The translations under genes and the position numbers were made by a program. Positions 24,070 to 37,100 of a DNA stretch of 64,000 nt are shown here, piece after piece (the first letter of the stretch is position 1; the number at the start of each line of letters is the position of its first letter). The notes under the pieces are model-generated. The model worked only from the letters and a program-made list of their open reading frames with translations. It did not search any database and had not been told where the DNA came from. This stretch comes from Raillietiella orientalis (lineage: Eukaryota): the NCBI GenBank assembly GCA_036172245.1, contig JAYWIR010000025.1, forward strand, positions 1,426,001 to 1,490,000. The letters are read 5' to 3'.

Positions 24070-27000
24070 ACCATACACACGTGCACACACATTATTTGTT
24101 GAAATGCAGGGATTTCAGCATCCATCACTGAGCTCGATCCATCCACTCATCCCGAAGCGTTTCCTGAAAAAAAGCTCTTATCATGAAGCACACCTCGCCT
24201 CCTCACGTTAGGAATCTTTCAGATGCCGTCAATCAACTCAGTCATTTCGGTGGCAGTAATTCTTTTTTCTTCTGCTGCATCCGTTGTTCTTTGCTTCGGA
24301 TTGAAAGCTTCATTTGCATTTCGAAAACATGAACTACCTTCCTAGTCCATGTTCTGCAGCTCTGGTGTTCCAAGAAGTATTTCTGGGCACTGTTGCTCTG
24401 AATAGCATTCGGGCGATGGGGCTGGCAGGACGAGAGATCTCTGCCGTTCCGTATGCGATGAATCACCTGAAGAAATGTTCCCAAATCATAAACATATCCG
24501 GGACGTTTTGCAGCGGAGAGACGCCTTCATGAGGCGTCCAACACGTGGCACAGTTGAAGGGGAGGAAAGAAGCATGTATCCTCAGATCTCAGATTTTGGA
24601 TTTGACCTTCAAACGGTTGCAACAAGTTGCGTGGCCGCCACGGAGGAATGGAAAGCGAGGGTGTGTGGAGAGAGAAGCACGAACAAGGGATGCAAACCCC
24701 TTCCTTCTTCCAAGCAGAGAAGATCCGTGCACCTCACGTGTTTTAATTGGAAAATTGAAGGAGATGGATTTGCAATCTCATGTTCCATTTTCAATGAAGG
24801 AAATTAAGGATGTATGATGACTAGAAAGTTTGTTTGTTTTTTTTATTGCTTCATAGTATCTAATTTATATGTTTAAATTTCATTTTGGTAAAGTGATGTG
24901 AACATTTTAACAAATCAATTACTGTTTAAGTAAATAATAGTTGATATATTTCACCTGGAAACTTCAGATTACATAGGTAGCATGGCCTAGCGAATATCGA
25001 TTAATGAGTCCATTTATTAAAAAGCTCCAATTATTCATCCCCCAATATGCAAATCGGATGAATCATCATTCGTAGAAGGGATAGATGAAAAATTCTGTTG
25101 CCCATTTTGCTTTACGCGCGATGTAAAATTATGGTGATTTCATAATCTTCTTTCCTCAGAAGGGCAAGTGATCCTCAAATTGACTTAAGATGATATTCAT
25201 TCAGAAACAAAGTGGATTTCGGGATGTTGGATACTTTTAGCAACGCAATTAATTTGCCATCAGTAATTCTAAAAGTTGCCTAAAAGTCCTAAAAGGAACT
25301 CCCAAAATTTTTGATCCCTCCGCAGGTCCTTAGCAGATTCTGTCAAGGTCAGCTTTTTATTTCAAGCATCAATGAAAGAGTTGATTTTCCGATACGCCCA
25401 GTTGCTGAAGTGTGCAGAAAAGAATAGCCATATCTTCAAGAGTTTAGTGTACGATCCTTGTTGCTGGCGATTCGCTATCGGTGCCACACGGGGTGCACCA
25501 AGGTTCATTCCCATTAGTCCAACTGAAGACAACTACTAGCTCGTGATGCACATGGATACATAGCACTTGGATGCACATCATTGACGTGCAGAGGATCATT
25601 GGCAGAAGACTTAAAACAAAAAAAGACAGACGGGACAACCCCATAGCAGATTAGAATAAGACAGAGGAGACGAAAAATCTGAAACATCCAACTGTTTTCG
25701 TAACGAGACCCTTTAGAATGCACCACACGAACTTGCAAGACTTTTGCCATGCCTGACATCAGGAGCATCGGGCCTAATTCCGGGATTTTTTTTTTGTTAT
25801 CACTCGTGCTAGGGACTGAGTAACTGTGATCATGTCCTAGCAACTTTAGCTGCTAGTTACATTTGAAGTCTTCGTATGTTCTGTTCTAAAGTGCCTTGTG
25901 TGCATCCGAAACAGCATCCACACCATCCGAACTCGAGGAGCTTCCAAATTTGAAAGCTTTTCATGATCTATGAGCAGCAAGACCAAACCGATTCATTCCC
26001 CTTCAGGAGTCGGGTTTTTTAATCATGAAAGAAAATCCTGCCGCGGAGAGCATGTTGGGCGACCCTCCATGGGAAGGTGAAGAAGTACTTAATCAATCTT
26101 CGCTCCGACTTTTCTGCAAAATTTGAACAACCACTGCAGATCCAGAGCGCCTTTTGGTCTCCATTCACTCGCTGATGCTTTCTTCGACATCCCTCAACCT
26201 TATGAAGGATCCCAACAAGGTATACATTCGTTTTAAAAGAACAACAGAAGGGACTTCGGTCCTGACCAGTGAAGATCACTCTTCGGGAGCAGCAGAAGGT
26301 TTTGGGATGAGACCGAAGACAAGAAAGAGAAGGTGTTCAAGCAGTTTATTGTTCATCCTCTCGTTCTGGTCAGGGAATTCCATCACTGAACAAAAAAAGT
26401 CAAAGAAATTGTTTCATCCCATCAAACCCATGAGCTTCTCGCACAGTTTCATCAATGGTGTGACAAAGAGTGGGAGTACAAATAAGGCAGCATGACTCCA
26501 TGGTCACGAGGAGCATCATCCCATGAAAATCACCAAACCCTTTACGCTCATGAAAGAAAGCAAAGTGGGCGTCGGAGATTTTCCGTCGACATTTCGTTAA
26601 GCCACATAAATGCTAGCGGCGCCGCATCGTCTTACGTCACGAGATCATCAGTAATGGTTAGAACTGTGTGGGAAAGAGGAAAGAAACTGTTAATCGTGGA
26701 AGATGAGTCATTTTTTTGCTCTGGAACTGGACTCCAGTAAACAGTACAGCCGAACGAGAAGGAATGAGTGTATTCCAAGAGCGGTTGTTGGATTTGGAAA
26801 GGTTTGCCGCAAAATGCGTTCAGATTCTCAAATCTTCCAGTTGCAAGTGGACCACTGAGTCCAGTCTTCCAAGAATCAAATGAAGGTTAATTTAATGTGG
26901 TCGATCTGAGCCATTCTCTTTCTATTTGTTTTGCCATTTTGAAGATGGCTTCGGTTTTGTGGATTTGAGAAATGATAATATCAACGATGAATTATTAGGA

Positions 27001-30000
27001 CTGTTCCTCCAAGCAGTTTTCGTAGCAGCGAAGCATCTGTAAGGAATGCTCTCATCATGCACGACAAGGCTCTTGAATAGTTAACGATATGCAAAGTACA
27101 ATACACTGGCGGATCAATTCTTAATCTCAATACTTCTAGTGTATTTCGTCCAGCAAACACGACCTGATGAAAAATAAATTTTACTTGATCCAAGGCACGC
27201 TATCACGGACTCCTCAAATTCCATGCCACGTGCATCTGGATAGCAGCACTCTTCCGCTTCCTGTACCGAAACATGAAATCGCAGGAAAAATGCACTCCAG
27301 CGGAGGCTGCATCCGCAATTTGGGATTCCGTTTTTCCGAGTCTTGCGAAACGGATCGCGTTCTTTTGCTTCCAAATTGGAAATCGTCGAAAAATGATTTC
27401 GTGGGGACGCCGTCGAGATGCCTCGCCCCACCACTGTAATGGTGAACCCAAGATGTGGCATGGGATAAAAGGAAGCAAACGAATCGTGGACGGAGAGCTT
27501 GGAAACGAGAAGCTTGCATCGAACATTCGTAGGCAGAATTCAGGAAGCGGAGATGAATTAGAAGAAAATGAAAAAAACGGATCCAAAGCAGGAGTACTAT
27601 GAAAGGCACTGAGAATTTTCTCTGCATCGTCATGAAAGGGTGCTTCCTTTCAGACAGCTGCTGTTTCCATAAGCGAAACACCAGGCACGGTGTTCGGCTC
27701 AAAGCCAATCAAGATGGTAAAAACAGAAAAGAGATTCTGTTGCGTGTTTGTCAAGAACGGAATTTACTCTCGGCAATTCAAAGCGTCACATGGCCATTCC
27801 AAATTAACGTGCGCTCCAGTAATTACCAGCTGGCAAGATGACCGTATGGCGGAGCAATAAAAGGAGCTGTAGGGCAACGAATTGAAAGGAACACCCAATC
27901 TGATGAATTCATTCATCTGCGTGGATGTTTTTATCAGAGTGAGTGTTCGCATTTTCCGTTTCCATTATCAGGTGGTTTTGGATCACGAAATTTCCGAAGA
28001 TCTCGAGACAGACCCCAGTTGACATTCAACAAATGGGGAAGCGAACTCTTTGGTCGAGGAGCTCGGATTGACCACTCAATAAAGGCTACAAGGAAGAACA
28101 AGCGTTTTCGAGCTTGAAGCTTCGGGCTGCAAAGAGCGTTTGGCTCTCATCCGCATCATGAAGCACAAGCACGGCCGATGTGAGAATTGGAATTCACCAC
28201 TGAATGTAACGAACGAGAGAGTTGATGAGAGGTCATTATCATTTATTCACCCACTAATCCAAGTCACGATTATGTAACATTGCTAAGTGCCTTTGTTCGC
28301 AATCCGAAGTGAAAGTAAACTCTTAGTTTCATGCAGCCAAACAGATGACGACTTCCCGATGATGGAAAACAACGAATAGCCTCTGTTCTTCTACAAAGCA
28401 TTGGTTTAAAATGAACCGCAGAGCTCTCTTTCCATAAGTTTCGCTTTTTCGAATTTCATCTCGCATCCTGTCCTGAATTAGTGAGTTCTTTTCGTGTCAC
28501 TTTGCGGTGCTCCTTGAAAATCATAGGATTGAACACTGCAGATTCGACATAGTGAGTGCGAAGATGAAAATCCATGGCAGACTTTCCGAACTGAAGAAAC
28601 CATCCAATGGGTCGACAGCGAATTCTCACTCTTAAGCAGAAGAAATTTTGACAAGGCTGATAGGTACGGTTCTGAGAACATGGCTATGGGTACATTGTTT
28701 TTGAGCCTGATGGGAAGCTGTTTTTGTCTCCCCGCCTCACCCCACCCCTGCTCTCACCCTCTCAGAGTAGCCTCTAGAACTCAAGAAAACTCAGTCCACT
28801 GTAACAAAACAAGTACCAGTTTCCAATGAGCTGGTTTTGTATGTCACCAAGGATGATGGAATCGCTCCAAGGGCGAGGCACCTGAACCGTTGTTCCTGAT
28901 TCGAGGTGAACGAGGAGCTCAAGGAATAAAAGGATTGAAGCCAAGAACGGAATGCTTTACACTTCTGACATGGAATTAGCAGTTTAGATGATGGCAGGCA
29001 TAGATCTAGGTAGTGTATTTTGTCGAGTCTTGTGAACCAGTGCTAATTTTCAACGTTCTCAGTAATATGGAAACTGACAAGCAGTGCTGAAAGGCAGACG
29101 ATGTACAGTGTATAGGTGTATATGATCGGATCCTTAATCATTGCTTGCCATGTGAAAGAAATGGATTAGTCACGAATGACAGCATCTTGTCAAACTGTTT
29201 TAATCAAAATTACCAGTTGATCACAGCTTTCATTGCATGGTTTCTGCGAAAGTGCATTTGAATGGCGTTTCCCAAAGATGATTGAATGGCATGCCATTGA
29301 TGACTCATATTTACTTATTTACTCCTAGATGACATTTTCAGCGTCATCGAGCAGGAAAGCAAACATGAATTGGTTGGTAATGATGGCAAACAGGATTGCC
29401 AGAAATATGTGAAAATCAGAGAGGAGGTGCATTAGAAAAAATGCAGATTTTCGAGAAGCTTGGAACTGTGCCCATCTTTTCAGAATGCATTCATTCATAG
29501 GTGGAAAGCACAGACGAGAGGAAAACACCAAAGGAAGAAGACAGTGTGGGAATAAAGAAGGCTGAAAAAAGGGTTGAGAGAGCCATTCAAGCTTATTAAC
29601 GCATCGCATTTTCTGCCGGGACTGAAGCGGCCAGCTTGAAAAAGACTTCAGCGGAGAAGAGGGCGAGAAATCAGTTCTCGGTGTTTCCAAAAGAAGAAAA
29701 AAAAGGACTCGGCATGCCTGATTCCAGTCTAGAAGTCTTCGCGTTGTCTTTGGTTTCAGAGTAATGTGCTTCTTTTGCATGAAAAGAAAGTGGACAGAAG
29801 GCCTTTTACTCTGAAAGTCAAATACGAAAAGCGAGGAATGAACCACGTGAGATGATTTTTCCACAAATGGAGTATGCATCGAAAATTTTTAGCAGTCGGG
29901 GAAAACTGTGAGAAATGTGCTGAGGGTGTGGTAGGCATTGAAATGGATAAAGGGGATTTCCTGTCGCTTTCGTGGAATGAAATTTAGGGAACAAGATGGC

Positions 30001-31291
30001 GGATATCCATACACGCTTGATCCAATTAAAGCGATGACGATGATTTTCGGTTTTTGCATGGCACTCTTGAAAATGAAACTTGCGGCTGGATGTGGAAGAA
30101 AATTGTGCAGGACGTTCATCCACAGAGTAGTGCTGGCTCAAAATGAGTCAAGCAAGCAATTTTTGTACGTAGGATGTTTCACGTTCTTCATTGGCATTTT
30201 TAAAAGTAAATTAAAATAAGAATCTGAAACAAATATATGACGGTGGACGTGCTTAGGATATGCATTATGTAAGAATGGAGAAAGCTACTCCGTAGGATCA
30301 AACGTGCCTGTTTCTCAGACTCGAAATTTCCAGGTCATCCCATTTGGACTTTCAGGTAGCTGTTTGTACTGTAGCTGCCAGGTACCCCAAATTTAGAATC
30401 CTCCTCTGCAGCTTGGATTAGGAGACGAATTACTTTGCTTGAGAACTTGAGTTGTTGTTTCCAGCCAAACATTCACCAGCATTTCCTTGACGGTCACAGT
30501 TTGGTGATGGACACACTGAGCACATCACATGCATAAATCCACTTTGGTGACTGCAGCTCTCGGAATGCGCAGGCGTAAATTGCTAAAGCTGGTCAGATTT
30601 GGAAGTAAGTACCTATTCATCCCATGTGAAACGTGCGTGACGCATTCGTCCTCAAGAATCCATTGCATCTCAAGGGGGAAAGCAGCCATCTTGAGAACAT
30701 GATCAGTCCCCAACGCACCACTGTGTAGATTTTTATCTACACGTATCTTGAGTAGTGTCCCATGATCTTTTGAATTTGCTGTTGACTGATGCCTTGCTTG
30801 GGATCAAAGTTAACACACGATGAGCACAGTCTCGGAAAGCTTCAATAAGGTTGCTGAGAGGGACACAACAGGCAGCAACTGCTCCATCAGAGCACGTTGG
30901 AAGACTCCAGCAAGTATCAATGCACAGCTCATTGGACGAACAGCTGAAGTAGAACAAAGTGCATTATTTATGAAAGGACTCATCTGACGTTGTTTCCAAG
31001 AACGCTCTTATCTGCGTCCAAGGTTCCAAACAAACAGTACAATTTGTTGTGGCCGAACTGTAATTGCTCTATTTATCATGAAAGCCGGTACATGTTCCGG
31101 TGTACGTATTCCTACTCAGATTATGCATGATGGGATCGCAAATGTAAGGGAAAAAGGAAAAAATTGGATGTTTTCATGAGTTGCTTATCGGCAGAATTCA
31201 TTTGCTGATTGGTTATTCGCTGTCGAAAGAATTCTTTCTCCGAAATGTCGCAAACCTCTTCACTTGAGACAGAAGGCTCTTTGCATTAAAT

Positions 31292-31311
31292 ATGTGTGTG
31301 TGTGTGTGTGT
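31292..31311 (+). repeat. (TG)n microsatellite
   Basis: Run of about 9 TG units. Confidence 0.85.
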
Positions 31312-34104
31312 TTCAGTCCATATTCGTTGTGATATTGTTTTTCTTGAGAAACCTATTAGTGTGGAATCGTTGAATTCTGGGTGTTGGCACTTATCCGCGA
31401 GGTGCGTAAACACGTACGCACGCAGAAAGCGTTTTAGCAAACTCGATGAAGCATAATGGCAGATGAATTCCTTCACAGAAAGATCTCAGCCCGAAAGAAT
31501 TACCGATCTGCGAATTTGAACTTCGGTGGCTGCAGTTCCTTGAAATAATTTGAAAGACTCTTTCAAGTCATCCAGACTTTCTTCTCACCCATCACATTGA
31601 AATGACATGCTCTTTGAATTGGATGTGTTAAGATCTTGATTCCGGATGCTCGCATCCGATAAAGTCCAAATAAAACTCCGAGGAGCAACTCACCCCTACA
31701 CACATACAAGCACAAAATCAAATTCATCTGAAAAACATTTTAATTCAATCATAAACTTCTATTGATTTGCATATGAGTACTTGCTATTAGCTCTTTTGCA
31801 AGAGGATGGACAGATGCATGCGATCTTTCCTTTAATGAATTGAAACTGAAACGAAGACTGCATAAGCGTAAAGGCAGATAAATCTCGGACGAATAGTAAT
31901 ACAAGGAAGAAAAAAAAAGTCATGAAAATTAAAATTTTCAAGGAATAGAGAACTTCTTAAGTATTTAAAACGTGCAGCATTTTGCACTAAAGCATTTTTC
32001 ATAGCCATTTTGTTTCATAAACAGAATTCTTGGACGATCCTTCTGCTCCCAAATAGTATCGAGCAAGAGCTTTCTTCTTAAGAAAATAAGTATAGCAAAC
32101 TACAAGATTATAAATAGATTATAAAGGGAATCCAATTAATTGGTGCGAAGCAAACCACCATCGCAAGTCTTCTTGGCTTCTGGGGAGAGTACCTACCTCT
32201 CCATCGTGGAATTCTGTACCACTAGAGTCCAGACGACAACTCCCCTTCTGTTCTCACTTCAACTGATACAAAGAGTGAATATGAGACTTCATCGATTCGG
32301 GACTGTCTGCTGCATGGCAAAGAAATGGCTCCTCTCTCAACTATTCGAACGTGACGCATGCAAAGTACCCTCCAGAAACTCAATTGGGCTCATCACTTAG
32401 CTCAGTGCATCCCTTGAATCAGAGTACGTTTGTTCCGCATCTCTGGGGTGTTTTCCTGTTCTCTTCCTTTCGGTTTTTGTGCGTTCTCCGACGGACCCAG
32501 ACGGGACGCCAGGCGTAAAGCACACGAAAAATGAGATGGCTCTTCTCAGCGGTGTCTAAACGCTCGACTTGAGCCAAGATGGTAATTTTTCTTTTGAAAA
32601 AGCGTGTTTCATGGGTACCATTTCATCACAGTGCCAACTCAGCAATTCAGAATCCTTGGAAATTTTGGGTTCGAGATGATGATGCGTCATGTATCTTTGT
32701 TTACAAACTGTCCATTGAGAGCACTTCAGTTTTCGAAAGCCATGAACTGCTCCAAGGCACCGTAGCATCATGAGTCACCTGCAAGAAATCCGCGGTGCTC
32801 GCATGAACACCGTGCAATATTTCTGTTCTGCTACTCCAGCGGCCGACTGAGTGCTTGAGATGAAGAATGAAGAATCCCGAATCATCGAGAACCCCCGCGA
32901 TACAGACTGTTCGCACCAGTGGAATTTCCACAAAGCCACTGGCGAGCCACACCTCGGAAGAAAGTACTGAGCTCATGACGACAGTTCAGTGCTTGCATCT
33001 TGTAAAAACATTCCTTTGCCAGAAATCAGAAAACGACTGTCCTTCAGTGACCGAGGCATGAAACAGTAGACCTGCAACAGGATTTCCTTCTGGTACGAAA
33101 ACGAAATCTGCAATTCGACAGCTAAAGGAAGATTTGTTTAATCTTCTTAAAAGTGAGTCCTGCAAGATGGCAGTCGCTTGGCTGATCTTCTTGGTTCTTA
33201 ATTGGGATCTTCTAGGAACCCTTCAGTTTTCCTTCACAGAGGAACTCCCCGAGTCGCTTGGTGTGCTGAACGTTCTGCGAGTGACTGCATTTTACAAAAA
33301 TTATTGAAGCCACTTAGAGCAATGCAGTCCTTGTTTGCCTTCTTCGTGTACAGTATTTATCTTTTTTCGTGAGCCCCCCTCACGTGCGAGTTGACAAAAG
33401 ATTGTAGCGAAAGCGGAAAGTCAGTTCTGGTTCGATCTATTCGTTGAGACGAAAACGGGACGCCGTTTCGTGGTCTCCAAAGTTCCAAAGCTTATTTTTT
33501 CCCATCGCCATGGCAAGTCCATCTCTCATCTCCCCGCGCTCCTTGCTCCTACACAGATGCAAAAGAGGATTTTTGAGAAGGTAAAAACTGCTCCCCTCTC
33601 CGTCATAGACGGATGAGTATTGCCTTTCCTTCACCGAATGAATTTCGAAAGCAAATAAACCGGAAGATTCGATTCATCCCGATGTATGAGTCCATGGTGG
33701 AAACGGCATGCACTCCTGCAGCAGAAATACTGTTGCATGAAAATCAACTGCGTTGAATTATGAACAGCGAAAAAGCTTTCCCCAAACAACCAGGCTTGGG
33801 GAAAATGCCACTGAACAAGAAAAATGACTACTGAGCTTTATGACTTTAAATTCCATGAATCTCTAATCTTGTGTGCTTATTAAAAACGCTTTCACATAAG
33901 AGGATGTGCAACTCTCTGAGTTCACCAGCAGAGGCTTCCTTGTTTCACTAATCACATTCAGGATGAATGCAAATGATTTTAGATAATAAATCATCAGAGT
34001 TGCCCTCACGTTTCGCTTTCAAATCGGGAAATATGACTTTGATTCTGTGGACCAATACTTTTGGGGTAAATCAAAATCTGGGAAAATAGTAACATAGCCT
34101 CCTA

Positions 34105-34125
34105 TGTGTGTGTGTGTGTGTGTGT
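34105..34125 (+). repeat. (TG)n microsatellite
   Basis: Run of about 10 TG units. Confidence 0.85.
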
Positions 34126-37100
34126 CGTATACAAAGTGAGGCATAAGCATTCAGGACAAAATTCTCCATCCGAATGCAAAACACATGTTGACTGCTGACT
34201 AGAGGATGAAGAACAAAGATGGGAAAATAAGGTGGAAACCCACCTAGGAGAATTTCAAGCTTTTAAAGTAGAGTCTTTTGCTTGCCGTGGCTGTGACAAG
34301 ATGTACGTCACGCCTCCATGTACCTTATTCTTCTCGGAAGGAAAAAACAAATACTCATTGCACATCGAACTGCAGGTAGATGAGATAAAGGCTCACTGCT
34401 GTCGAAATTCTCGAAACCCTTCCGAGACACCATTCTGTTTTGCCTTTCTTCGGTGACACTTTCTTAGAGGGTAAGGCATGTCGAGAGGACTGCCGCACCT
34501 TTCAGACAATAAAAGGAAACCATTTAGCGTTGTACACAAGCAAATTTTTATGCATTTAGACAATGAAAATGGCTGGATGGAGTCATACTGAGCCACAGCT
34601 TCGAGAAAATTCCAAAAGAAAAGCAACGGCCATGATGGGGAAGGAGCTCTTTTATCTGCATTGAATTGTCACCGTATGTCCGACGCAGTGCAGTAAGATT
34701 TGTACCGGCCACGCCAAGACGTTTATTTAAAAAATAAACCACAAATCAGAGGGAAACAAAGTTCCCTGAGTGCAAGAGATCCCCAAAATGAAACAGATGT
34801 TCATTGAGGATGGCCACCGCCACGCGGGTCGGCTTCTTAAAAAGTAGGGAACGGAGGAAGGAGGGGGACAATAAATAAATAAAAAAAGACGGGAAGGTAG
34901 GGACAGGGGTCTTTGGTTTTATTCGTTCCTTTCTTTCTAGAAGCGGCGGTGTATGGTGACAATCTCACTGATGACTTCTTCTGGCACTTCTTGAGGCCAG
35001 CTTGCAGCCGTTCTCGTGAAGGCGGCTGCCATTCTGGTTGGCCTCCTTTCGCTGCGAACGTGACTTCAGCACATGGCGGACTGTCACTATGGAGAGGATG
35101 CAACGGGTTGTTGTGATCACAGCGCCCGTCTTCAGCTCGTCCTGAGTGAAAATGTGCCCCAGGAAGTCCGAAGCGGGGGGTTTTTCCAGGGGTCGACAGA
35201 GCGCCGAACCGAGTCCCCGTCACATGTCCTTCGGGGGACATCAGTCCAACAGGAGGTGCAGGGGCGATTCTATCTCCTCGCACCTGAAACAGTTCAGGGA
35301 GGCAATTCCCATGGCCTGGTTTCCGGCTGCAGAGAATAAAATAGAGAGGAAGAATGTTTGGAATTGTGAATTCCGCAATTCCTTCTTCGAAGGTTTCTCT
35401 TTTTTTTTTCGAGTGGTTCCTACTTAAAAGAATACCAAGGAATGCGATAAGTTGCACCGAGAGGCCGAAACGCTTCCTGTGCCTTCATCATCATCTCGCT
35501 GATGCTTCAACAACGAGGAAGAAAATCTGAGTGCTTTAGAATGTCTTCAGCCACTCTTTGAAAAACAGGTCTTTAAGCCAAATATTTGATCAGCAAAACG
35601 CATGTAGGATTTTTCTTGAATTTCAACATTCACTCGGCAATCCTCCAAAGATGCTCTCTACATCCTGGTACTGATGAGTTAAATGGCTTATTCTCCGTAC
35701 CTCTTGAGTTTTTCAAACCTCCAGTTGGCTGGATGGAAAGAGCACCTTGACCTGTGTTTCTCCTCCTCCCTCCATTCCTTGTAAAACTTTAGAAAAAGCT
35801 GAGGCCCGGTTCTACAGCAAAAATATCAGTCATCTTCCCCGACGCAGTCAGTTCTTTGGACCTCACGACCAAGAGATGGTTGCAACGACAGTCGCTTTCA
35901 TTAAAGCAAAAGGCACTCTTCTTGGACGGTTTCAAGTTTTAAGTAACTTTGAAACTGCCATTTCTTCTCGTGAGTGAGCGAAGATCAGCATATCAGACCA
36001 AAGCTCGTGATGGATTCGAAGTGTGGGTCCTTCTCCAAATTTTCCTTCTTTCGTCTCTTGCAGAATAAGATCCGGTAAAAAAAGTAAAAGGTCATCATTG
36101 GCACTTGTTTGTCAAACTGCACTTGGGGATGTGAAGATCAAAGGCATATATGTAAACCTAGTGACGTGGGGATGGAGGAGACAGCTTGGTAGCCGCAGTG
36201 CACGTGGCAGGAAACGTACTACGATAAAACCCGGGAGCCGAAGAGAGACAAAGCGCTATCCGAACTTTTATGGTTGGTTTATGTGCTGTGCCATCCCGGA
36301 AGTCGATTTCTGCAACACTTAATCGAGTGAACACTCCGTGGCTCAGAGTGCTTCCTCAGAAGAAAAAAAAAAAAAAAGGAATTGCCATCTTTACCACGCA
36401 TCCTCGATTACGTGTCATATGGCCCAATGAAGTGACATGTGGGTCCTCACTCATAACTGAGGCCTCCACACATTCGTGCAGAATAGCAGACGTGGGCACT
36501 TTTTCTTGCAAGAGGCTGGCTTTCATTTCTTCTCGTAGTCTTCATATTCTTCGAGTAACCACAGTTTTATTGCGGGACGCAGGGCACTTTTCAGTTCTGC
36601 TGTGGGCCTCCGGCTTTCTCCACGGGATGAATAAACACCACACTTTCACATGATCCTTGTTGGCAGGGAAACGGTCCATGTTGCCTTCCATGCCTGGAAG
36701 ACCTATCTCCCTTTTCGATATTAGAGTGACTGTTTTATTTGGAAGTAGGAGTCATCTTGATGTTTGAAGTTTTCGAATCATTTGGAAGCTACCATTGCAC
36801 TTTTAATTTTTCATCATGAATTCCGCACTACGGTTTCGGAAATGGGCTATCTGATGAAGAGTATAAGCGATGGCAATCGTATTTCAAGATGCCAATGATT
36901 GCAGATCCCAAGAGCAATTGTACTTCAAGGGATGATTCGAATTATAGACGGATTAATTAAGGATCATTCATTGCAAATGCTGTTCAGAATAACATCAGCT
37001 GATGGACGTTTTAATGATGACTTTTCTTGTATTCCGCACCACGGACGTATCTTCATTCTATAAAATTAATGGTGGATGAATGGATACTCATAGCCGGAAT

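Noticed and set aside
23009..24088. ORFs 23009..23473 (154 aa) and 23510..24088 (192 aa) as protein-coding genes
   Set aside because: They are largely translations of the 28S rRNA-derived sequence; WKSESAKECVTTYLPKQPALKMDG is the typical rRNA-derived spurious peptide.
28902..28943. Collagen-like GERGAQGIKGLK
   Set aside because: Only four Gly-X-Y triplets and no clear exon boundaries; compatible with chance.
34837..35457. 206-aa minus-strand ORF as a gene
   Set aside because: No recognisable domain, and it spans poly-A and polypyrimidine tracts. At most a small internal exon (MGIASLNCF) may be real, which I cannot support.
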